This document shows positions 1 to 7,488 of a stretch of DNA of 17,868 bases, piece after piece. This DNA comes from an uncultured delta proteobacterium (lineage in GTDB: Bacteria; Desulfobacterota; RBG-13-43-22). The translations under genes and the position numbers were made by a program. Location: positions 1-17,868 of the forward strand of contig CAWDKY010000004.1 in the NCBI GenBank assembly GCA_963802945.1, given 5' to 3'. Every line of letters begins with the position of its first letter. The first letter of the stretch is position 1. Below the pieces are notes generated by a model. The model was not told the origin of the DNA, searched no databases, and saw nothing but the letters and a program-made list of their open reading frames with translations.

Positions 1-552
1 GGCTGTATCTTCCCAAATCCAAACCTTTCCTTTGCGAAGATCGGCGGCATTTCTGATGGGGTGTTTGGAAAAGAGGTAAATAAAACCTGATTCACTCCAA
101 CCCATAACTTTAAAACCGTTATCTAAGATTCCTTTTTCAAAGTAAGGCCCAATTTTGTTCAAAACCGCGTCCACTTCCTTATAATTTTCAAACAACGAGG
201 GAATGACCAGGATTTTAATATCCTTGAAAATCAGCCCCAGACCGCCACCAGAGAAAAATCCTCCTTGAATCTGACCCACCTTGATTTTACGCAGCATATC
301 TTCTTCGTCGCCCAGGACGCCACCGGGAAAAATATGAATGGCCACCTGATTCCCAGTTTTCTGTCCGATTTCCCGGTTGATATCCCGGAAGGCCTTGACC
401 CAGGAGCTCCCTTCCGGGGCCAGGGTGCCTATTTTCAAGACCACCTGGTCAGCCGAAACAGGAACGGGTCTGAGGACAGACAAAAAAAAGAGTGTTAATA
501 AGAAGAGAAAAACGATATTCTGCACTCTGCGATCCGAAATCCGCAATTTCAT
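1..552 (-). CDS. dctP: TRAP transporter substrate-binding protein DctP (TatP-type), truncated by the window edge
   Basis: Not in the ORF track because it runs off the window. Manual translation from ATG at 552 (GGGAGG RBS upstream): MKLRISDRRVQNIVFLFLLTLFFLSVLRPVPVSA-DQVVLKIGTLAPEGSSWVKAF...IFPGGVLGDEEDMLRKIKVGQIQG. This is a signal peptide followed by the typical DctP N-terminus. It lies 11 bp downstream of tatT. Confidence 0.92.
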   Translation of the reverse strand, partial: MKLRISDRRVQNIVFLFLLTLFFLSVLRPVPVSADQVVLKIGTLAPEGSSWVKAFRDINREIGQKTGNQVAIHIFPGGVLGDEEDMLRKIKVGQIQGGFFSGGGLGLIFKDIKILVIPSLFENYKEVDAVLNKIGPYFEKGILDNGFKVMGWSESGFIYLFSKHPIRNAADLRKGKVWIWEDTA

Positions 553-563
553 TGGTTCCTCCC

Positions 564-1442
564 TTAAAAAAATTCATCAACCTGGTTTAACAACCTTTTT
601 GCTTTCTCATGGGCCAGAGTATTAATCAAGGTCAGATCCGGTTCTATATCGGCCGGCGTGGAAAGGACCTGATTTAAGGTCTTGACGAAGAGGTCCCGAT
701 CCAAACGTTGCTTGGCATAATATTGGGCATAGAAAATTTGGGTCATCAGAAACTTGCCTTGCGAATACTTCAGGGCTTGTTGAAAGTGGGTTAAGGCCTT
801 TTCTAAGTTCCCGCCATATTGGACTGGCCGTGCGGAAAGCATTATACCCTTAAAAAGATGTGGGCCGCCGTAATAATAGCCAGGGTCGAGTGTTAAAACC
901 CTGTCCATCAAGGCCTCCACTTTAGGGAGATCGGCCATTCCTTCCACCGAATCCGGTCCCTGAGCAATCCAGGTTCCCCAAATACTTCCTACCCCAAAGA
1001 GAAAGGGGACTTGGTTTTTTTCGGCTTTGTCTATTTTTTTCTGAAAGAGATCGAGAGGATTTTCAGAAGCTCCTTTAAACAGAGGATTTTGGTCCAGGGC
1101 TTTTATGGCATAGACCTTGGCCTTCTGAATCAACTGGGAGGCCCGCGATGATTCTTCTTCCTCCAAGAGCGAGGCATAGGAGGCATAGGCCTGGGCACCG
1201 GCCAGGAGGAGATCCTGGTTTTCCGGATTGGTTCCAATCATTCCGTCAATCAACATCAGGTAGGCAGGAAGTCCTTGGCGGACCAGGGCGATATCCGATT
1301 GCCGATTGGCGGACTGAGCTAATTCCCCGAAAAGCCCACCGGCACTGTTGGCAATCATCTGCTTGGTGGAAAAACAACCTGTCAAGCAAAAACAAAGAAT
1401 AGTTATACCAATAAAGGTTTTCCCGGGTTGGATTACTTTCAT
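564..1442 (-). CDS. TRAP transporter TatT component family lipoprotein
   Basis: Lipobox LTG-C, helical TPR-like body, TatT-like motifs (LDPGYYYGGPHLF, ARPVQYGGNLEKA, YAQYYA), adjacent to dctP. ATG at 1442 is preferred over the ORF-track start at 1460. Confidence 0.88.
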   Translation of the reverse strand: MKVIQPGKTFIGITILCFCLTGCFSTKQMIANSAGGLFGELAQSANRQSDIALVRQGLPAYLMLIDGMIGTNPENQDLLLAGAQAYASYASLLEEEESSRASQLIQKAKVYAIKALDQNPLFKGASENPLDLFQKKIDKAEKNQVPFLFGVGSIWGTWIAQGPDSVEGMADLPKVEALMDRVLTLDPGYYYGGPHLFKGIMLSARPVQYGGNLEKALTHFQQALKYSQGKFLMTQIFYAQYYAKQRLDRDLFVKTLNQVLSTPADIEPDLTLINTLAHEKAKRLLNQVDEFF

Positions 1443-1519
1443 AAGAAAAGAAATTAGCACTGTTCAAAGGTTCGGTCAAGAAAAAGAATTATCCTTTCGG
1501 GCGAGAGATGAATCCCTTC

Positions 1520-1548
1520 TTGACAGTTTTGTACTCCAGGACTATTTA
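1520..1548 (+). promoter_or_regulatory. possible sigma-70 promoter for ttcA
   Basis: TTGACA at 1520-1525, 17-nt spacer, imperfect -10 TATTTA at 1543-1548. Confidence 0.35.
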
Positions 1549-1612
1549 TCTAATACAGTAGTTATAGAGGTGGAAGATTCTATTTTTTTCACATTAAGGA
1601 TGATGTCATTTT

Positions 1613-2368
1613 ATGGCCAAAACCATTTCTGCCGTTGATAAAAAAACCCAAGGCCTCTTAGGTAAAGCTGTCCGTGATTATCATATGATTGAAAACGGCG
1701 AACGGGTGGCTGTGGCCGTCTCCGGCGGGAAAGACAGCATGGCCCTGCTTTATATGCTCAAAGAACGCCTTAAATGGATACCTATCCATTATGACTTATT
1801 GGCCATCTATTTGGACATGGGTTTTGAGGGGACTCAACCCCACCAGATCGAACAGGCCTGTCAAAAAATGGAGGTTCCTTTCTTTATGGAGAGAACCCTT
1901 TACGGGATCAAGGCCCACGGGCCGGAAAACAAAGAAAACCCCTGTTTTTTATGTTCCTATCTGCGAAGAAAACGCCTCTTTGAACTCTCCAAAACCTTAA
2001 ATTTTTCTAAGATCGCTTTTGGACATAACAAAGATGACATTATTGAAACCCTGTTTTTGAATATGTTTTTCAGCGGGGAACTGAGCACCATGATGCCCCG
2101 CCAGTCTTTGTTCCAGGGGCGTTTAACCATCATTCGCCCTATGGCCTTTCTGGAAGAAAATAGAATTAGAGCCTTTGTCCGGCGTAATGGGTTGCCGGAA
2201 ATACCAAACCCCTGTCCCAGCGCCGGGAGATCCTCCCGAAAGGAGATCAAGGAATTTTTATCCGTATTCTATGCCCGCAATCGAAAAATTAAAGGCAATA
2301 TCTTTCATGCCCTGAGTCACGTTCGACCGGAATATTTGCCTACTTCCCAATTATCTCTTCGACAATGA
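1613..2368 (+). CDS. ttcA: tRNA 2-thiocytidine(32) synthetase TtcA-family PP-loop ATPase
   Basis: SGGKDS PP-loop, PCFLCSYLRRK (CxxC), GHNKDDIIET, IIRPM and NPCP motifs. Confidence 0.88.
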   Translation: MAKTISAVDKKTQGLLGKAVRDYHMIENGERVAVAVSGGKDSMALLYMLKERLKWIPIHYDLLAIYLDMGFEGTQPHQIEQACQKMEVPFFMERTLYGIKAHGPENKENPCFLCSYLRRKRLFELSKTLNFSKIAFGHNKDDIIETLFLNMFFSGELSTMMPRQSLFQGRLTIIRPMAFLEENRIRAFVRRNGLPEIPNPCPSAGRSSRKEIKEFLSVFYARNRKIKGNIFHALSHVRPEYLPTSQLSLRQ

Positions 2369-2469
2369 TATCGGTCACGACGGCACCGTTGACCTGCAGG
2401 CGGGGAAATAGCTACCCACCGAAATTACCTCTTCGCTCTTACAAAACGGTTACAAACGAAAAATAGAGG

Positions 2470-2510
2470 GCGGGAACCTGAAGAAATTCCTGCTGCCAAC
2501 TTTATTTTTT
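2470..2510 (+). terminator. possible intrinsic terminator downstream of ttcA
   Basis: GCGGGAA (2470-2476) pairs with TTCCTGC (2487-2493) with one G-U pair. The T-rich run at 2501-2510 is 7 nt from the stem, so the fit is imperfect. Confidence 0.3.
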
Positions 2511-2529
2511 AGAGATCAATAATGAGGAT

Positions 2530-3543
2530 CTATCTTGTTTTTTTCTCTTCCAGATCTCTAAAAGCGGTCATCATACCCAGACTGGTAGCTTCGATAATCC
2601 CCCTAATAATGGTTCGGGTTAGGCAGTCGGCCGCCGCACGGCCGATTTCATTCAGGGCCTGGGCCTTTGGAGAAGCGAAAAAGCCTTCGGTATCCGGAAG
2701 TTGATGCTTGTTGGTTGCCAGGCAGAAGATGGTGTCACCATCAAACATAGTGTGGGCCGGCCGTATGGCCCTGGCTAATCCGTCTTGGGCCATCTGAGCG
2801 ACTTTTTGAGCTTGGGCTTTACTTAAAATCGCATCGGTGGCTATCACCCCAATAGTTGTGTTCGTGGAAGAAGAGGGTTGGGGAGTATCGGGAAGCTGAA
2901 CCGATCTTTGGCCCAGTGCTCCGAATTCACATTCCTTTTCCAATCGGATTTCCCAAGGATGGCCGTTTTTCGGATCAATGACCGAACCAAGGGAATTGAC
3001 GGCCACCAGGGCGGCCACAGTTAGGCCCGAATCGAGAATCTCACTGGCCGTACCCAAACCGCCTTTGATGCCCCCGGAAAGGGCGCCGGTACCGGCACCA
3101 ACAGAACCCAGAGGAAACGTTGCGTCTTTAGCGGCTTCACAGGCCATCCTCCCCCAGCCCGGATTGATGGGCGGAATAAAATATTTCCCCCGGCCCAGGT
3201 CAAACAAGGCCGCACCCGGAACGATCGGAGCCACGTTTCCCTCCAGTAAGGGAAATCCCCAGCCCTTTTCTCCCAGCCATCTGACCACCCCGTCACAGGT
3301 GGCCAGCCCATAAACCGAACCGCCGGTCAGAACAATGGCCTGGGCCTTTTCCACCAGATTCAGAGGCTGTAAGAGATCGGTCTCACGAGTGCCCGGAGCC
3401 GAGCCACGCACGTCAACTCCGGCAGTTGCCCCCTCGGGACATAAGACGACCGTCACACCGCTGGCCGCCTCAAGGTCTGTATAGTGACCGACCAATATCC
3501 CTTTGATGTCGGTCAGGGAATTATATTTACCGGTTTTTGTCAT
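2530..3543 (-). CDS. P1/S58 family peptidase (DmpA/NylC-like self-cleaving hydrolase)
   Basis: LTDIKGILVGH, GVDVRGSAPGTRET, GSVGAGTGA, NTTIGVIATDA and PAHTMFDGDTIF motifs. ATG at 3543 chosen; TTG at 3564 is the alternative. Confidence 0.9.
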   Translation of the reverse strand: MTKTGKYNSLTDIKGILVGHYTDLEAASGVTVVLCPEGATAGVDVRGSAPGTRETDLLQPLNLVEKAQAIVLTGGSVYGLATCDGVVRWLGEKGWGFPLLEGNVAPIVPGAALFDLGRGKYFIPPINPGWGRMACEAAKDATFPLGSVGAGTGALSGGIKGGLGTASEILDSGLTVAALVAVNSLGSVIDPKNGHPWEIRLEKECEFGALGQRSVQLPDTPQPSSSTNTTIGVIATDAILSKAQAQKVAQMAQDGLARAIRPAHTMFDGDTIFCLATNKHQLPDTEGFFASPKAQALNEIGRAAADCLTRTIIRGIIEATSLGMMTAFRDLEEKKTR

Positions 3544-3590
3544 TTTGGAGTTTATACCTCCCAATATTTTGCGGATCAGTGAATCGTAGC

Positions 3591-4434
3591 TCAGTTATTC
3601 TTAATCCCTCTTGCCCTGCCTTTTACATTAATGGTGCCATCTGGCTGCTCAATACAGAAAGTTAGGGTCAGCCGCGTACCTTATTTGATTTCGGTTTTTT
3701 CGGCGACTGAAGCCCGGATAACTATAGATTGCTTCTGATGGACAGCCTTAACAAAGGTCAGCTCGATTTCTCCGCCGGTAAACCAGAAAATCCTCAAAAT
3801 ACTTGGAGAGATAGCCGCATAGAACATAACCGGAAAGTAAAGCGGCGGGATAGCCCATTTTACGGGCATATTCGTCCTTGTGGCTGGAATCATCCAGAAA
3901 GGGAAATTCATCCAGGGCACGTTGGTAGGCAATTCTTGTGAAAGAAGGTATTTCCCGGCTCATTTTCAGATCTTCTATCGGAGCGTTATCCGTCAAGCCT
4001 ATTGTTTCCAAAACGTCTGTCCTCTTTTCAAGGCTCAACAGAAAGTGGTCCGTCGTTCGTCTGATTTCAATTCCGGCTTCGGCAGTCATGAGAGATTCAA
4101 CGGCCACATACTCAAGTCCCCGTTTGATGTGTTTATCCACCAGCAGGCCATTCAGAAACAGCTTCTTGTCGAGCCTGGCCGGATTGATGTTCTTCTGAGA
4201 AAGCCTGGCGGGAACAGTGGCATGGGTGTCATATAGGGTGCGGAGTGCCCTCGTACCGAGTAGCGTCGCCATATACATTGCTGGGTAAACCGGTCCGTCC
4301 CAGGGTGATTCTTTGGTATGGATCGGGTCTAATTCTTCCATTTCGCAGGTGAAATATCGTTCGACATAGGGTAGCTCCACTGGCCCGAACTTGTCACCGA
4401 CCTTCAGTTCTACCCATGGAATGTATTTTGACAT
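3591..4434 (-). pseudogene. tandem MaoC-like (double hotdog) dehydratase-family gene with a frameshift and a nonsense codon
   Basis: The first frame has hotdog-like motifs (LDPIH...SPWDGPVYP; DDSSHKDEYARKMGYPAALLSG). The frame shifts near 3786 into WFTGGEIELTFVKAV..., meets TAA at 3683-3681, then continues in frame as GTRLTLTFCIEQPDGTINVKGRARG to TGA at 3593-3591. Confidence 0.75.
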
Positions 4435-4506
4435 TAACAAAAAACTCTAAAAACTTAATTGTTCTAAAAAGGATTGTTTATTTAGCTATCCATTCAACTT
4501 TGATTG

Positions 4507-4546
4507 AAAAAAAAAGCCGCCCCATCAGAAGATAAGGCGGCTCTTT
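4507..4546 (-). terminator. Rho-independent terminator of hup
   Basis: AGCCGCC (4515-4521) / GGCGGCT (4536-4542) stem. The A-run at 4507-4515 gives a U-tail on the minus strand, about 30 bp after the stop codon. Confidence 0.85.
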
Positions 4547-4576
4547 GAGCCTGAACAGAAATGGTGGGAGATCAAT

Positions 4577-4846
4577 CTATTTTACTGCGTCCTTCAGGCC
4601 CTTCCCAGCTTTAAATACTGGAACTTTTTTTGCGGCTATTTTAATGACCGCACCTGTCTGGGGGTTCCTCCCTTTGCGGGCTTTTCTCTTGCTGACGCCA
4701 AATGTCCCAAATCCCACAAGGGTTACGGAGTCACCTTTTTTGAGTGCTTTCTTAATGGCCGCAAATGCTGCACCTACTGCCAAATCCGCTTCTTTCTTGG
4801 TACACGTAACCTTTGCCACTTCATCGATCAATTGCGCCTTATTCAT
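4577..4846 (-). CDS. hup: DNA-binding protein HU
   Basis: [11 protein letters not shown]...[12 protein letters not shown]...RKGRNPQTG...[15 protein letters not shown]; AGGAGGT RBS. Confidence 0.98.
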   Translation of the reverse strand: MNKAQLIDEVAKVTCTKKEADLAVGAAFAAIKKALKKGDSVTLVGFGTFGVSKRKARKGRNPQTGAVIKIAAKKVPVFKAGKGLKDAVK

Positions 4847-4889
4847 TAATCACCTCCTGTTTTTTATTTTAACCATGCTGTTGAAAATG

Positions 4890-4918
4890 AGGATAAGAAA
4901 AAAAAACAAGAATGTCAA
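4890..4918 (-). promoter_or_regulatory. sigma-70 promoter for hup
   Basis: TTGACA (4918-4913), 17-nt spacer, TATCCT (4895-4890), with AT-rich sequence upstream. Confidence 0.7.
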
Positions 4919-5161
4919 GGTAATAAGTATTAAATAATAAAAGCCTAAAAAAACTTCATGGATTAATTTTTGCATCTACTATTTTTTAAAAAAGCCGTCC
5001 TAAAAATTTACCAATTGGAAATATGGGAGAAATGGTTGAACTACCCTGGCCTTGAACTTGAGGTGTCATGGCCCTTTTTTGGACATCGCCGTCTTCTTCC
5101 TTTGAGCGGATTCAAGGCTTATCCGATTGTTCAATTTTCGGGGGCCATTTTAATTTTCCGC

Positions 5162-5838
5162 TTATTGAATCCCTTGAACCAATGCACGGTACGATTCCCG
5201 AAGAAGATCTTGGACCTTCGGCCAATCATTATCGGTGTCTCGAATATTGGTAGCCCGAGCACGGAGAAGGCCGGCCCGTTCAATATCCTTATTGGATTTG
5301 CCATAAAGGACCTTGTAAAGATTGGCAATAGAACACCCGACTTCCTCCGGACTATTATGCGGTGTGCGTCGCTTGACCCACCAGTCAAGTTCTGCGCGGG
5401 CAGCAGCGTCGGCATTCCATGTTCCCTTGGTTAAAATCTTGAGACGGGTATAGGCGCTCTTCAATCCCAAAAGGGCCTGGGTTGGATAAACTTCCTGGGT
5501 GGATTGAAAGGCAAAGGTAGCGGAAGACAAATCGCCAGCAACGGCTATGGCGTCAGGGGCTGAAAGCTGAAATTGTTCTTGATGCAACTCGATCATTTCA
5601 AATCCCAATTCCCGTATATTCCGGTTATAATAGGCCTTCCACATAAGGGTTTCAGCGGCCGCAATACGATCGGGATCAAATTGAAATGCCAGGTTAACCG
5701 TTTTGTTTTGGGTTAATGTTGAGGAAGATTGTGCCTGCGCCTGATGATCTATGGCTAAGCAAGGTTCAGCTGAAACAAAACAGGTACTGCAGACTAATCC
5801 GACAAAGATGAAGATTGAATGAATACCTTAAATGACAT
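5162..5838 (-). CDS. uncharacterised exported alpha-helical protein with two internal repeats; apparent frameshift in the signal peptide (ORF track shows only 5162-5644)
   Basis: The frame stays open about 60 codons upstream of 5644 (IFIFVGLVCSTCFVSAEPCLA...FDPDRIAAAETL-MWKAYY). A GGAG RBS and ATG at 5838 (MSFKVFI) lie one base out of frame. Confidence 0.65.
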
Positions 5839-6020
5839 CAAAAAATCTCCTGCAATAGCAAACGCCCGGAGGACGGTTGCCCTTAAAGCCCATAAGGGGA
5901 GTAAAACCGATTTGGCATTGAACGCCCCTGTTAACAAAAAAGGACACTAGTCCGAGTAAAAAATCAACAAGAATAACGAGATCGTCAAAAATATCAGAAA
6001 TACCTGAAGGCTCTTTGCAG

Positions 6021-7088
6021 CTAACCTACGCCCATATGTTTCACAACCCACTGGGAAATAGAAGATAATTGGTAATAATGCCCCAGGGTGTGAAAACAGG
6101 TGGAAGAACAAAGCGGTAAGCATTTTTCCTTGATGGCGCATAGGGCATCCCGGTCAAACTTTTCATTCCCAATAGTCCCCCAATCATGATCCAGGGTCAT
6201 GAGATCAAAACAAGGCGCAAGGCTGCCGTCCGGGCGAATGAGCGCCCCGTTTAAGCCTGCCCGACAATCCCAGGGGTGAATGTTACCCCGCATTCGATCT
6301 TTTAGATTCCGGAGGTGTACATTGGAATTGACCATGGTCCATCCCTGATTTTGCTTTTCCATCAGCCAATCCAGGAGCATATCCACCTCCTCAAACTGAT
6401 CCGGCATAATATGTAAACCGTCTTCCTGGTGGGTATAGTGTTCCACGTTAACAAAGTTGTGGGGCCTTTCGTTGAGATGAACATCGGTCCCAATCTTGTT
6501 TTGATGGGCAATTTCAGTCAGCATTCGGACGTCTTTAATATTATTACGGCAGATATTGGTATTGAAAAAAAGGATGTAACCATAATCTTTCTGTTTTTCA
6601 ACCAGGTATCTGAACTGAGGTTCAATGTTCATTAAGGCCTTGGGCAGACCCTTACGGGGGGCGATACAATCCACGGCCAGATTAACGGCGGTCACCCCCA
6701 CTTTCCCCATCTCGTCGATAAACGGCCGGTCCATAAGATAGCCATTCGTCGGCAGATAAGTAAAAAAACCGGCCTGATTAGCATAGCGGAGGACTTCCAA
6801 AATAAAATCTTTTCGAACCAGAGGTTCCCCACCCATTATGGCCAGTACCCGGCAACCGATGGATTTGAGCCAATCGATGGCCGATTTAGCGGTTTCCAAA
6901 CTCATTCCCGGCTGATGATTGTCATATTGGAAGCAATAATGGCAGTCGATATTACATTGCCAATCCGTATAGAGATAACAAAGGAGAGGGCGAAAGGCCT
7001 GGGGGTGAATCCGGGCATTAAGATAGGGAATGACCCAACGTCGGATGGCTCGGGCACCATTTTGGCTTTTGTAGTAAAAGGTATTCAT
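6021..7088 (-). CDS. radical SAM protein with a SPASM/Twitch-like C-terminal domain
   Basis: CNIDCHYC (CxxxCxxC), GGEP, TNG, then CRAG...IRPDGSLAPC and CLPLCSSTC. GAGGA RBS precedes ATG at 7088. Confidence 0.93.
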   Translation of the reverse strand: MNTFYYKSQNGARAIRRWVIPYLNARIHPQAFRPLLCYLYTDWQCNIDCHYCFQYDNHQPGMSLETAKSAIDWLKSIGCRVLAIMGGEPLVRKDFILEVLRYANQAGFFTYLPTNGYLMDRPFIDEMGKVGVTAVNLAVDCIAPRKGLPKALMNIEPQFRYLVEKQKDYGYILFFNTNICRNNIKDVRMLTEIAHQNKIGTDVHLNERPHNFVNVEHYTHQEDGLHIMPDQFEEVDMLLDWLMEKQNQGWTMVNSNVHLRNLKDRMRGNIHPWDCRAGLNGALIRPDGSLAPCFDLMTLDHDWGTIGNEKFDRDALCAIKEKCLPLCSSTCFHTLGHYYQLSSISQWVVKHMGVG

Positions 7089-7488
7089 GTTCAATCCTCG
7101 CTTTACCTAAAGAAAGATAGTCTGCCGTGTAAAGGTGAAAGAACCTGATAAAAACAGGATGCCGGTTAAGCCTTCAAGAGGAAAATAGATCTAAATTCCT
7201 AAAAATAGAAAATGCCTCCCAATGATATCAATTTAATTTTAAAACATTAAAATCAACCCGATAATATTATTTTCTATGCTTTATTAACTTATCAATGAGC
7301 TATTAAGTCAAGACTTTTTTGTTGATAAGCCTTTTAATATTAACATATTTTTTAAAATTGAAAAATTGAAAAATTCAGGGAAAGAATTTTGTGCATCGAC
7401 AATTTCCTATCCTCCATTCCCGTTTTGCCGCCTTGACCTTTTAAGGCCGACCTGACTCATCAAGCGGTCCATGTTTTTTTAGATCCAA

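Noticed and set aside
2366-2394. ttcA TGA stop followed by a hairpin, resembling a SECIS element
   Set aside because: Readthrough would add only 8 residues before another TGA, and the position is a variable tail rather than a conserved Cys site.
2420-2485. Hammerhead-like words CGAAA and CTGAAGA
   Set aside because: Stem III and the NUH cleavage site cannot be paired in the required order.
3681-3683. In-frame TAA as evidence of stop-codon reassignment
   Set aside because: TAA ends many intact genes here (hup, typA, Lon, the small exported protein), so the code is standard.
3681-3932. 83-aa minus-strand ORF as a separate gene
   Set aside because: Only its last 34 or so codons look coding; they are the frameshifted continuation of the MaoC-like gene.
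4545-5434. Plus-strand ORFs 4545-4937 and 4970-5434
   Set aside because: They are antisense shadows of hup and the repeat-protein gene, with no recognisable motifs.
5947-6141. Hydrophobic 64-aa ORF as a radical SAM precursor peptide
   Set aside because: It overlaps the enzyme gene by about 120 nt out of frame and has no clear RBS; hydrophobicity follows from T-rich DNA.
7354-7377. AAAATTG-type short tandem repeats in the AT-rich spacer
   Set aside because: Low-complexity sequence expected by chance; no spacers, so not a CRISPR array or iteron set.
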